Assembly (NCBI GenBank): GCA_951406725.2
Contig: OX597814.1
Coordinates: forward strand, 117,614,001-117,678,000
DNA: 64,000 nt
Direction: 5' to 3'
From: Octopus vulgaris
Lineage: Eukaryota
Shown: positions 41,639 to 54,456 of the stretch, in pieces
Position numbering within the stretch: the stretch's first letter is position 1
Layout of the letters: each line of letters begins with the position of its first letter
Position numbers and translations under genes: made by a program
The notes under the pieces: model-generated
Databases searched by the model: none
Seen by the model: the letters and a program-made list of their open reading frames with translations, nothing else
What the model was told of the DNA's origin: nothing

Positions 41639-41642
41639 TTTT

Positions 41643-41815
41643 GTTACTCTTATATTGGTTTCAGTCATTTGGCAGCAGCCATGCTGGAGCACCATCATTA
41701 GTCGAACAAATCGACTCTAGGACTTATTCTTTGTAAGCCTAGTACTAACGCTATTGGTCTATATTGCCGAACTGTGATGTTACGAGTACGTAAACACACC
41801 AACATCAGTTATCAA
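41643..41815 (-). mobile_element. SINE family A, 3' half
   Basis: TTTCAGTCATTTG..ATGCTGGAGCACC..GGACTTATTCTTTGTAAGCCTAGTACT. Confidence 0.8.
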
Positions 41816-41875
41816 AGATATACATATATACATACATGCATACGTACATACATACACACACACACACACACACAT

Positions 41876-41920
<45 letters not shown>

Positions 41921-42052
41921 CTTTATCACTGATTCTTTTGACCACTCCCATAAGAAAGACAGTTTGCACCATGCCTACCCCCAAAAAGTCCCCCACCACC
42001 ACCTCTTTAAATCTGCCTAAATGTATAAATGCCAAAACTATTCTTGACACAA

Positions 42053-42103
42053 AGCTTCCTGATGATTTCATTTGAATGAAACAGTTCTAGTCGTGTAGAA
42101 GCT
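42053..42103 (+). ncRNA. Type I hammerhead ribozyme
   Basis: AGCTTC-CTGATGA-T-TTCA-TT-TGAA-T-GAAAC-AGTTCTAGTCGT-GTA-GAAGCT; 6-bp stem I and intact core. Confidence 0.75.
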
Positions 42104-42174
42104 CCTTCTATAAAATAAAAAATATATATATACATATACATATATATATATGTATATACATATATACATACATA

Positions 42175-42230
<56 letters not shown>

Positions 42231-42250
42231 TGTATATACGACGGCGCCTG

Positions 42251-42328
<78 letters not shown>

Positions 42329-42400
42329 ATGTATATATGCATTCATGCATGTGTATGCGTGTGTATGTGAGTGTGTGTAATCCAGCGTAATCTGGTATTA

Positions 42401-43797
42401 TTAGGTCGTCAAGACAAAGAAAAATAATTTTGGTAATGTTTTTACATAGAAGGAATGGCTTTATTCATCAAAGTGTGCACCCACATTGTCAATACACTTT
42501 TTCAATTTCAACAGTTGCTTGTCCAGACCGAAACTGTAAAAAAGCTGGCAATATAGAGTCAATAAAATCTTGGAAGAACTGTTTTGCAGCATCGTTAGAA
42601 TTTTTATCCTATCAAAATATTATCCAAAGTCTGGAAGAATTAGTAGTCAGTGGGGGCAGATCAGGTGAGTATAGTGGATGATGGATAACTTCCAACTCGA
42701 AATTCTGTAGTTTCGCCGAAGTCATTTTTGCGATGTGTAGTCTGGCTTTGGCTTGCAATAAAATAGAAGTGGATCTACTGACTAAAGTAGGCTGTTTGTT
42801 TGTAAGTTTTTTTGCATCATTTAGTCCAGGTAGCTGCAGTATACGTCGGCCGTGATTGATGAGCCAAGTTTAATGAAATCATAATGGATCACACCTGGGC
42901 CAGAACACCAAATACGCACCATCAGCTTCTTTTGATGAATTTTTCTTTTTGGATTCTTTTGGTGGGTTGGCTCATCTTTGTCCAGCCATTGTGTTGAACT
43001 TCTATGGTTGTTTTATTGGATTAATTTCTCATCATTCAAAAATGAATCATTTCGATCTCGTACCTTTGACCTCGCAAATGAGCAACGCGGTCCTTCAGAA
43101 ACAAAGGTGGATAATGATGAACTGAAAGCCACAAACGACTTAATAATTAATGCAGGTGATATCTAAGTATCTAGAGCGAATCGGTTGCGCAGAATTTGCA
43201 ATATTTTCTGTGGAGGTTGTATGTATTTAAAGAAAGTAGCGTAATGCAGGCTTCCAAACGTTGTTATTTCTAATTTTCAATGAGCTCATATAGAACCCAT
43301 TTATCCAAATTTTTAACTTTACCCATTTGAACTATGTGAGTGAATATTGTTTGCTTGAAAACACCAAACAACAACGATAATTCCGAGGCACTTTGAAATG
43401 GATGTGACTCGGCTGTGGCTTTCAGTTCGTTATTATCCACCTTTTTTTCTGGTGGACCGCGTTACTCATTTATGAAGTCAAAGGTACGAGAACGAAATTT
43501 CGCAAACCAATTTTTACTGCCTGTTCTGAAATAAAATTAGAAGGAAATACTCGATTAATAATCGGAGTTGTCTTTGATGCTGCATTTCCAAGAAAGAACT
43601 CATATCCATTTCGAAAAAAAAAGTAGCAAAAAGTGATTTGTAAATACTATATAAAGCGCAATGAGTTAGAATTTAAAAAAATAGATGTGCCAGCTTTCTA
43701 ACAAAAAAATATTATCAAAATATTATAATGGTGCAAAATGAGCAGGTATCACAGTTTACCATATACCTTACTACAAGTTTCATACCTGACGACCTAA
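42401..43797 (-). mobile_element. Decayed, rearranged mariner element
   Basis: TIRs TTAGGTCGTCA / TGACGACCTAA, each flanked by TA; minus-strand HPLYSPDLP near 42655-42685; N-terminal KVDNNELKA remnant near 43420-43450. Confidence 0.8.
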
Positions 43798-44279
43798 TAG
43801 TTACTACATGTGATACCTAAGTATCTAGAGCTAATCAGTTGCGCAGAATCTGCAATATTTTCTGTGGAGGTTGTATGCATTTAAATTACTGGTAAGATAT
43901 ACAGGTTAGCACACTCGAATGGATTAAGTTTTTCGTTCTACTCAAATATGATGATAGAAGTAAAATTAAACTCACTTTACATGATGATGTTTGTATAATT
44001 TCTTGCTGGCAGGGCTCCGTTACTCATTTGTATTGTTGATGTTGTGTAACTCCTCATTAATTCAGTTTTAACAGATGTATCATTCAGACTACCCAAGCAG
44101 GGCGAATCTTTTATTTTTTGTAAGGACATGTGTCAATTAGCAAATAATTAAGATTTTTCAATCACTTCAATATGCTTTGAGGCAGTTGTATCTGTTTGGC
44201 AGCTCTTGGTTTGCTCTAGATCAAGCTGATCTACAAACTTTGACACATATAGGTATAGAGATTCTATGACAATTTTATA

Positions 44280-44842
44280 TAAAGCGTTTTTCCAATCACT
44301 TTTTTAAGGATGCCAGTTGATGAATAGAGGAAAATTGGTTGCATATTGTAGGATTACGAGATATAACACAAAGCATTCTGTAAAGGATCACAATGATTTC
44401 CTTTGGTTGAACATTGTTTTCAAATTTACGAGAAAAATATAATCCTTCAAGTCCATCAATGGCTGCCTGTTGCCATATAAAGTCGCTCATATAATGGTAT
44501 TACTTCATGAGGCCGTCTCTCTGTGTCGTCGAATACTTCTGTATAAAGTCCAATAAGTTTATCTGATATTCTTTCTTTCGAATGTAACTGGTAATTAGAT
44601 TGTAATTAAAAAAAAAAAGAAATTGTCGAAAGAAAAATAAAAGGATTGACAAAAGTGGCTGGAAACAAAAAGGGACTTAAAACTGAGAACACAGTTCTAC
44701 GGGAGTTATAAAATTTCGTAGGTAAACAGTTGTAAATTTTTAGTGGGTACCTCATGTATTAAATTTTACAGGATGAACTTTGTGCCTTTGAATATTCTTC
44801 TTACATTCTATCAGTACTCGTTGCCGACTAGTAAGGGGTTAA
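44280..44842 (-). mobile_element. Possible piggyBac remnant
   Basis: End GGGG|TTAA at 44835-44842; minus translation LLDFIQKYSTT..MK*YH resembles the piggyBac transposase C-terminal part. No second TIR seen. Confidence 0.35.
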
Positions 44843-45167
44843 CTAATATCACTTTCAAAGATTTCATTATACGAATTAGTATTGACAGATTGCATGCTTT
44901 CATGAATATTTATTGATATGTATGTTTATATAAATAAATATGTAAAAAAATATACTTGAACATATATATGTGTGTGAGTGTGCGCGTGTGTGCGTGTGTG
45001 CCTGAATGTATATATATATGTGTGCACTCATATATCTATTCATGTATATATATATCCGCCATTTACCGGATATATGATTTATAAACATTCCATGTGCTTG
45101 GCCGGAGTGGGCAGTTGTCTGTTCGTCTTCGCTACGTAAGGTTGGTAGTTTATTTATGATGTGTTCA

Positions 45168-45236
45168 GAATCAGTTCTGCTGAGGATCATAAGACGTAAG
45201 TTGAATGTGAAATCACGGTGATACAGAACAAAATTC
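45168..45236 (+). ncRNA. Type I hammerhead ribozyme, copy 1 (predicted cleavage after A45223)
   Basis: GAAT-CA-GTTCTG-CTGAGGA-T-CAT-AA-GAC-GTAA-GTT-GA-ATG-T-GAA-ATCAC-G-GTGAT-A-CAGAAC-AAA-ATTC. Confidence 0.85.
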
Positions 45237-45647
45237 ATTTTTTAAATGTCTTGCTTTGAAAAACTGCATTTAGGTATGATTAGTATAATTTTGGTAGTAA
45301 TGACTTTGTCCCTCTTAGTGTGAGGCATTTATGTGTAATAATGCCCTTTATACAATATAGATATAATTAATTTGTTCAAAAGAAAAAAATTATTTTCGAA
45401 TTCTTTTCTTTTATGAGGTTTTCACGCTAACTACCCGATAATTTCTTGTTAATATCCCTTATTAAGAGATTATCCTTAATTGTTAAACTTATTCCGAAAT
45501 ACTTTTCATTACCCGACATGCAGTTCGTAAAAAGCCCGCCATTTACCGGATATATGATTTATAAACATTCCATGTGCTTGGCCGGAGTGGGCAGTTATCT
45601 GTTCGTCTTCGCTACGTAAGGTTGGTAGTTTATTTATGATGTGTTCA

Positions 45648-45716
45648 GAATCAGTTCTGCTGAGGATCATAAGACGTAAGTTGAATGTGAAATCACGGTG
45701 ATACAGAACTAAATTC
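45648..45716 (+). ncRNA. Type I hammerhead ribozyme, copy 2 (predicted cleavage after A45703)
   Basis: Same as copy 1; stem I extends to AGTTCTG/CAGAACT. Confidence 0.85.
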
Positions 45717-45967
45717 ATTTTTTAAATGTCTTGCTTTGAAAAACTGCATTTAGGTATGATTAGTATAATTTTGGTAGTAATGACTTTGTCCCTCTTAGTG
45801 TGAGGCATTTATGTGTAATAATGCCCTCTATACAATATAGATATAATTAATTTGTTCAAAAGAAAAAAATTATTTTCGAATTCTTTTCTTTTATGAGGTT
45901 TTCACGCTAACTACCCGATAATTTCTTGTTAAGATCCCTTATTAAGAGATTATCCTTAATTGTTAAA

Positions 45968-46005
<38 letters not shown>

Positions 46006-46060
46006 TAGTTATATGAGTGCGAATATATATATATATATATACATTTATATAAAACTATAT

Positions 46061-46142
<82 letters not shown>

Positions 46143-46687
46143 GTATGTTCGTGTGTATGTCTGTTTGTACATATGTATGAACGAAGAATGTAAAAAACAT
46201 TCGATACTTACCACTTAAGATATTTATATAATGCAAGTATAAGGCTGTATATTTTTCACGACTACATGTACGCAAACGTGTTGTCGCTATAGAAAAAATG
46301 GTTTTAAGTTCAACAAAAACAAATATTTTTGCGATGGCACGCATTTCCTAACAGGTGGCTAATATGACAGGCTTCAGACCGAAGACAAACTCTAACACCT
46401 TTGTAAAATACTGAAATAAAAAGCAAACGATTAAAACTTTGGTATAATCATTTTTTTAATTTTGCACATTTCGTTATGTTCCCTCCATCTATTTATCCCC
46501 TTTTAGCGTATTTTTGTGTTCAATATTACATTCAAATTTATGCCCACTCAGGTGTGTATAAAAAAGTGTGGGTGAGTGCAAAGTTTTGCTCTAGAATTTT
46601 ACTCATAAGGATCATATCCTGATCTACACAAACTTTTCCACCTCTTTTGCATATTGAACTATAAATATACATCGGTATATATACATA

Positions 46688-47072
46688 GGCACAGGAGTGG
46701 CTGTGTGGTTCGGGGTTCAGTCCCACTGCGTGGCATCTTGGGCAAGTGTCTTCTGCTATAGCCCCGGGCCGACCAATGCCTTGTGAGTGGATTTGGTAGA
46801 CGGAAACTGAAAGCAGCCTGTCGTATATATGTATATATATATGTATATATATATGTATATGTATGTGTGTGTTTGTGTGTGTGTGTTTGTCCCCCTAGCA
46901 TTGATTGACAACCGATGCTGGTGTGTTTACGTCCCCGTTACTTAGTGGTTCGGCAAAAGAGACCGATAGAATAAGTACTGGGCTTACAAAGAATAAGTCC
47001 CGGTGTCGATTTGCTCGAATAAAGGCGGTGCTCCAGCATGGCCGCAGTCAAATGACTGAAACTAGTAAAAGA
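46688..47072 (+). mobile_element. SINE family A
   Basis: Match to 28078-28495, with a short deletion in the head. Confidence 0.9.
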
Positions 47073-47349
47073 AAGAAAGAGAGAGAGAGACAAATATGTA
47101 TACATGCAAACATGTGCATTTTAGCGTAGCTTAGTTTACTTCTGTTTCACTGTCTAATGCAGACATCCATGATACATACACTCATACATACATAAATACA
47201 TACATACATACACACATACATACATACACGCATGCATACATACATACCCTCACACTGGTAGATTAAAGCCTGTTTATATGTCCTGGTCACTACTGTAAAA
47301 CGGTACGTGAATGATATACAAAAAGCGTACAAAACAGAAACAACGAAAT

Positions 47350-49605
47350 GCCATCATATGAAGAAATAATATAACTCGTTTACTGAAGACCAACAATCAT
47401 ATAACGATGCTTATTGCATGCCAAGAAGCAAATCATTATACGTCCCACCATCAAAAAGTAAAGGATGTGATAGAAATGATGTTTGGAGACAGCAAAAAGA
47501 GGACACTAACTTGCAAACTGACCGCGAGAAGAACACTAAAGAAAAACATTAACCGCAACCAGGCAAGAGAAAATAGAGACATGAGAGGAGGAGCAGTAAC
47601 CATCACGGAAGCTCCTTCACGATAAGGCATAAATTGCTTCTGGAGGAAAATATAGAGTGAAGAGAAGGGATATAACCAAGGCGCTCTGTGGCTGGACAAA
47701 ATCCGAAGAAGTTATTGCTCCTACGTTACATCGAAGACATATAACTTTGATGATGAAACTCTTGCAACTTCGATCCAGAAACTCCAGGATGGAAAACAAC
47801 GCCTGGATGAGACTTGATTGTTGGGTGTCGGTGCAAGAAGCTAACATTCTACCGATCATATGGTATGAATCTGTACTAGCAAGCTCTGATTGAGAACAGT
47901 AGGATACCACACTGGTTAGCACTGGCAGAGATAAAATTGATCTCCAGTTCAGAACCACCCACATGGCAACAGACTATTGGCCATTTGCATGCCAGAAATT
48001 AATACGTAAGATATATACAGCATGTTTCAACATTTTCCACCAGGACCATTGTGAAACCAATAACATTATCACAGCGGAACAAGCAACTGGGAAGAAGGGA
48101 GTTGGGGTATGTGCCGAGCAATTGTTGATCAACAAACTGTGATGTCAGAGGTGCGAGGAACCTAGTTTTAATGTGGCTAGACTACAAGAAAGCTTTTCAC
48201 TTTGTACTCCACTCATGGATGCTAGAAAACCTTCAACTTGCTAAAGTTCCAGTGAGCATACTCAAATCCATTGCTGACCTGACTTCATTGTGGGCCACCA
48301 TCTTGAAATTAAACACAAATAATGACTTATTATCACTGATAGAATACAGTTTCAGAAATGCATATTCCAAGGGGCAGCCTCTCTGCGATATTGTTCATTC
48401 TTTCTGTAAACTCCTTGTCATTCATGTTAAGGAAACTTGAAAGATATTTCACTGGTTCACAAGGAAACAGAAATACCAATATTACACAAGATTACACATG
48501 TAGGGTTGGATAATGGTCAGGATAAATGCTGTTCTATGGTGTTGTTAATAGGTGGAAATCTATGAACCGGACTAGAAACATCTCCATGAATGATTTGACC
48601 CTTTCCTCTATGTCTGACGAGGAATGTTACAGTCGGCGAGGGATGTTAAAATCTATGCATGGGTATGTTAATAGAAAGCTCCGAGATGATAATAGCATCG
48701 ATCATCAAAGCAGTTTATCATGGACCAATACCTGTATTACTACTACCCAAAAAGATGCCAAAAAGAAATAGAGATGCAAGAAAAGCAGGAAAATATGACA
48801 ACAGATGCAGACTTTCTGGAGTTCACAATGAAGATAAAATCCACTTCGTCGGCAGTTGTCCGAAAACATCATCACGGTATTTTCTACCGACGAGACATGA
48901 TGTTGTAGCTAAGTCAATCTATAATGAAATCCGCCGGAAGGATAAACCTGAGGACAAAGAAATAAAAGTATGGTAGAAGTTATAGCCACTCATAATAAAA
49001 CGGAATACGGGTGGAATGTCCCAGTGAAGACCTCATTAACATGTAAGCACAACAAACCTAATATATATTTGGGATAGTGAAGAGAAGCTGTGCGCAATTA
49101 TGAAAATTAGTACGTTATCATAAAACTGAAGATCAATGGAAAAGAGAACATTTACACTGAACTATTGAGAAATCTGCAGTTGCTCTATCCAGATTACAAT
49201 TTCAGATTTATACCAGTAATTATTGTGACCCTGGGATATGAAACACACTGCTTAAATACCAATCTTGAGAAATTTGAAAAGCCAGAAAAGGGGAAAGCTA
49301 ACTGGAAGGCTAAAGATCCAATCAATTACTGGAACTGTAAAAATCTGTAAAACTTTCAGGAACTTTATCATTTTATAAGCATGTTTAGACGTGCTTATAT
49401 AAGCACGTTTAGACATGCAACGATATGCATGGGAATACATACATAAAGAAATATATACAAATCTGTATATATACATACGAACATGCATACATGCATACAA
49501 ACAAAAAAAACAGCACTCTTTGTGCTGTTGAAATTCCAATGAAGGAGCATTGACTCTAAGTTAGAAACCGACTCCTTTGGCAAAGAATCTTGAAATAAAC
49601 TGAAC
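47350..49605 (+). mobile_element. Heavily decayed R4-clade (RT + REL) LINE flanked by (CATA)n
   Basis: EQLLIN, MWLDYKKAFHFVLHSW (RT); CRLSG..E..HFVGSC, RHD; YTELLRNLQLLYPDYNFRFIPVI. Confidence 0.8.
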
Positions 49606-49669
49606 ACACACATACATACACATACCTGCATGCTTTAATACATGCATGCATTCATGCTTGCATACATAC

Positions 49670-50295
49670 GTTTGGGCTGCTTGATTGGACGGTTGATAAG
49701 ATCCGAGCCATCGATGAGAATATACGAAAAATACCAAGAATTACACATAATTTAAACATAAATGGTGACGCCGACAGCCTTTACCTAAAACGTAAACAAA
49801 GCGGAAGAGGCTTAACATCCACCCAAAATGCCTTTGAGTGTCGCATCCTATCCCTTCAGCAACATCATTTAACCCTCAAGCGTCGATGTGCTTCCCTTCG
49901 CCAAGTTTATATACATGAGGTTGATAACATCTTACGAGTTGGAAAGTAGTTCCTTGAGCAACACAATTTGTCTGATAACCTTGAATACATGCCTAAATAA
50001 GTCACACAACTCTACCAGATGAAATAATGAGCCTAAATGAGCAGAAGGTTATGTATTGATATGTTAGTAGAAAGCTCCATGATGATAGTAACGTCGATCA
50101 TCAAAGCAGTTTGTCATGGACGAATAACCGGATTACTACCTCCTACTTTGAAGCGTATGCATTTACAATCCAGGAACAGGAAATATCAACGAAGTACCTG
50201 ATACAAAATGGGAAAGAGATGGGGAGAAAGCCGTAAAACCGATGAAGACTTTGTGGAGATCACACTGAAGATATCGCCCGCATCATAAGCAGTAA
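49670..50295 (+). mobile_element. Second fragment of the same R4-clade family
   Basis: DSLYLKRKQSGRGL; TCGATCATCAAAGCAGTTT shared with about 48700; AIQEQE-like motif TIQEQE. Confidence 0.7.
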
Positions 50296-50534
50296 GTATC
50301 TTATTTAATAAATATATATATGTGTGTGGTGTATGTTTATATATATAAAGTATTTGATGTGGCGTACAGATATAGTATATTAAGAAAAAAGAGGTAGTCA
50401 GAATTTTGGATAATTCAGTAATATCGCTTTCGTTCGTCTAACGATTAAAACAAGACCTTGGTTTTTATTATCGTGGAGGATTCGGTTAAACGAACAAAAG
50501 TGTTAATAAATAATTATGACTATCTCCTTTCTTT

Positions 50535-50815
50535 ACTGAAACAGTCTGGGTTTAAAAGGCCCACAGCGTTTTAATATTCTCCTAAAAGCCAGAGGGGCGT
50601 ACTGAAAGTGGATGTAGGTGTGTTCAAAAGAAACCTGGATCGTTTCCTGCCGGGAGTCCCTTATGAACTTATCTCATGGTAGGAGGCGCAAGTGAGAGCA
50701 TTGACATCAAACTCCCTTATTCACCAAATTCCACATATACGAGGAGGGTCTTAATGATAACAGTGTAGCATGACCGCAGCTTTGAGCGGAACCCGATAAA
50801 AAATTAAAATTAGAT
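50535..50815 (+). mobile_element. CR1-group LINE 3' fragment
   Basis: NSLGLKGPQRFN, VFKRNLDRFL, SNSL remnants; 3' UTR AGCATGACCGCAGC. Confidence 0.6.
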
Positions 50816-50826
50816 AAAAGATTATA

Positions 50827-50990
50827 GGTGCAGGAGTGGCTGTGTGGTAAGTGGCTTGTTTATCAACCACATGGTTCCAGGTATAGTCCCACTACGTACC
50901 ACCTTGGGTATATGTCTTCTCCTATACTCTCGGTTCGACCAAAGCCTTGTGAGTAGATTTGGTAGACGGAAACTGATAGAAGCTCTTCGT
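50827..50990 (+). mobile_element. SINE family A, 5' half
   Basis: GCAGGAGTGGCTGTGTGGTAAG head. Confidence 0.85.
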
Positions 50991-51054
50991 ATATACATAT
51001 ATATATACATATTCTATATATATATATATTTACATTTACATATATATATGTATG

Positions 51055-51109
<55 letters not shown>

Positions 51110-51138
51110 ATATATGTATGTGTGTGTGTGTGTGTGTG

Positions 51139-51187
<49 letters not shown>

Positions 51188-51189
51188 TG

Positions 51190-53970
51190 TAGTAGTAACA
51201 GAAAAGAGGAATTTCGATTGTCCCTACCTGGTGGGTTGTAATGTATATAAGAAATTAAAAAAGGAAAATACGCACATTTACATGGTTTCAATATAATTTT
51301 TAATATATCGACCGGTTTCGCTATCTCTATTCATGATATTATGTTTTATTTATTTGAATATATATTTTTTCTGAAGAAGAAATTTGGTCCATGTTGTGTG
51401 TGATGAAATTCACGAGTGAGTGACTTCACAAGTAGACAAATAAAGGGAGGTAATTTGCTGTTATTATTGTTATTGTTGTGTGTAAGGGAGATAACTGTTC
51501 AGCTTTCGGTAATGGGTGGGTATTATATATGTGTACAGAAAAGAGACAGATTTTAAAAAACCTTGTTTAGTAGGAGATTTATGTACAGTGATGTAATCGT
51601 GAATGGAATATGTAAAAATATAAAAGTTGGTTATGCGTGCATATTAAGACGTGTTTTGTATTTTTCAATGAAATAAGTTTCTTGATTTAAACGTTATAGT
51701 TGAGAGATTGCGTCTTTGCACTGGTAGAAAGGGAAGACTGTGAAATTTGGTTTGATGTTACTTGCACATTTTTCTATGTGTTCACTCAGAGGAATTTTTC
51801 TGTATTGCGGGAAACGGATATGCTCCTTATGTAGAGTGATTCTCTTTCTCAATGTCAAACTCATTTGTCCAATGTACTGATGACCGCAACCCGAGCAGGT
51901 TATTACATAAATTAGGTTCTCAGAGGCACAGATGAAACTAATTTCAATTGTGAACCTCTGTCCTTGTTTGAAAAAGGAAAGCAGAGCCTTCAAGCAGGTT
52001 GGGGCAGGTTCCACAGTTCGGGCGTCCACATTTTTCAACCGTTGGTTTCGTGGTTGTTTTGTAAAGCTTCGCATTTGTTAGTAGTCTGTTTAGCGATTTG
52101 TCTTGTTTTTTGCATGTGTTGGGTTTGTGTGTTTTCAGGATGTCGTTCATTTTTGGATCTCTAGTTAGTAAAGGGAGAGTTTGCACAATAGTGTTGAATG
52201 CCTCACTGTTTCTGGGGGTGTGTGTTGATATAAAAAGTAATGTTTTGGTTTGAGGTGTGGTGCTATGGTTTTTTTGTTCTTAGTGTTTTTGTGTCTAATT
52301 GTTTGGCACGTTTAATTCCCTCGTCGATAAGAGAGGGTGGATGTTGTCTTTCAAGAAGTGTTGTTTTGATGTCTTGAAGACGAAGGTCCCGAGTTGTTCT
52401 ATCAGACACTATTGTGCAGATCCTTTTTGCTAAGTTAAAAGGGATGTTTATTTTTATGTATTTCGGGTGGCATGAGTTAAAAAGAAGATATTGTGTTGAA
52501 TCAGTTGGTTTATAATAAATGTCAGTTATGATTTCATTGTTGACTTTTTTATCATGATGTCAAAAAATGGTAGTTGTACTTTGTTATATTCAATTGTTAC
52601 TATTTATGTCATGTAGTGTTGTTTTGAAATCCAAAAGTTTGTCGATGTTCTCCTTCCAGATGATAAAGCAGTCATCCAGGTATCGCTTCTAATTTTCTCT
52701 TATGTAGAGGTAAAATGGGTAACCATATTTCTGTAGTGGTACTTCATATAAGGTGAATTCAAAATAACCCATTATTAGGTTCGCAAGAACAGGAGCTGCT
52801 TTCGTCCCCATTGCAATTCCGCATTCTGACGATAGTATGTGTCATCAAATAGGAAATAATTGTTCTGAAGTATAAATTTTAAGGATTCAATAATAAAGAT
52901 CTGGTTTATGCGTTCCGGGAGGACTCCGGGGTACTTTTCCAACCAGAATTTAATTACTTTTATTCCATAGTCATGGGAGATGTTGGTGTAAGGATTGATA
53001 ACATCGAGGGTGACCAATACTGCCTCTTCATTAATCGTTTTTGGTAGGTGTTCTAGCATGTCTAAATCATCCCTAATTAAGCTTTTGATGTATTTCAGCA
53101 AGGGTTTCAGTAGGATGTCTAGAAAATTGCTTAATCAGTGGGTTTCACAGGCCGGCCCAGCTACAATGAGTCTTAAAGTCAAGTCTTCTGGCGTTTGGAT
53201 ATTTATATATTTGCCTGGTGGTTGTTTGCAGGCTTCATTGATTATCTTGCTCTTGTGTATTTTAGGGAGGCCATAAAAAAGACTGGGTTTACATTTGAAG
53301 TTCGTGATGTAGTCTGTTTCTTTTTCTGTCAGGCTTTTTCCATGTAGAAGAATTAAGGATGCAAGATTTTTCATTGTTTTTTGTTGTTTATAGTTTATAA
53401 CTTTTTCGTAGAATGCCTCGTTGTCAGGTCTTTGTCGTTTTTTAGTTCAGTCAGATTTTTCCATTCTAGATTGTTGAGGTAAGGATTAATTTTTCGTTTA
53501 ATGGATGTGTAGGGGAAATTTTGGATATGGTTGCAGTAGTCATCCAGTGTTTTATTCCTACCCTTATGTGGAAGGTAATTACTTCTGTTTTTGACTAGTG
53601 ATTCATCTTCGTTGTCGTGGTCAGTAAGTGCTTCTGCGAGACGTATTTTTCTGCAGAATTCCGAAATATTATCTTTAATTTCATTATGGTTAGCTCTTCG
53701 TGGGGTTCGGATGAACTTTAAACCTTTGGCTATGACTTTGGGTTTTGTTCCAACTTGTGTCCCTGTTTCTCTGCACTTGGTCTAAAACATGTTGATTGTA
53801 GTTCGGTTGGTAGAATTTATTATTTGTGTTATTGTTATTAATTAAATCAGTATTATTACTACTTATTATATTCGGGTAGCTGGGGGGGTTGGTGTTATTC
53901 CCTGGGTAAAATGGTTGGGGCCACGTTGTTAGGATTTCTTCGTTGGAATGAATTCTTGAAATGAATTCAT
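51190..53970 (-). mobile_element. Near full-length decayed Neptune-type Penelope-like element
   Basis: FYGLPKIHK, TLDVINPYTNI, RYLDDC (RT); KCGRPNCGTC linker; NLIYVITCSGCGHQYIGQ..LRKRITLH (GIY-YIG); degenerate hammerhead at 51305-51339 in the 3' region. Confidence 0.92.
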
Positions 53971-54010
53971 ATATATATATACACATATATATTTTTTCTC
54001 GCTCTTTTTT

Positions 54011-54221
54011 CTCTTTTATTTGTTTCAGTCATTTGACTGCGGCCACGCTGGAGCACCGCCTTTAATCGAGCAACTCGACCCCGGTACTTATTCTTTTGTA
54101 AGCCCAGCACTTATTCTATCGGTCTCTTTTGCCGAACCGCTAAGTAACGGGGACATAATCACACTAGCATCGGTTGTCATGCAATGCTAGGGGGACAAAC
54201 ACAGACACACAAACACAGACA

Positions 54222-54265
<44 letters not shown>

Positions 54266-54416
54266 TACGACGGGCTTCTTTCAGTTTCCGTCTACCAAAT
54301 CCACTCACAAGGCTTTGGTCGGCCCGAGGTTATATTAGAATACACTTGCCCAAGGTGCCACGCAGTGGGACTGAACCCGGAACCATGTGGTTGGTAAACA
54401 AGCTACTTACCACACA

Positions 54417-54420
<4 letters not shown>
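54011..54420 (-). mobile_element. SINE family A
   Basis: Reverse complement of 28078-28495. Confidence 0.92.

Positions 54421-54456
<36 letters not shown>

Larger units (their letters stand above)
45056..45972 (+). mobile_element. Partial tandem repeat (480-bp period) with one hammerhead per unit; retrozyme or non-autonomous PLE derivative
   Basis: 45056-45492 and 45536-45972 are direct repeats with 4 substitutions counted by eye; flanked by (TA)n; no coding signature. Confidence 0.8.

Noticed and set aside
44900-45718. Duplicated minus-strand ORFs (MNFVLYHRDF.../MNLVLYHRDF...) and possible rolling-circle translation of the 480-nt unit
   Set aside because: No recognisable domain; the first ORF runs into microsatellite; the AT-rich unit appears rich in stop codons, so its length being divisible by 3 is not evidence.
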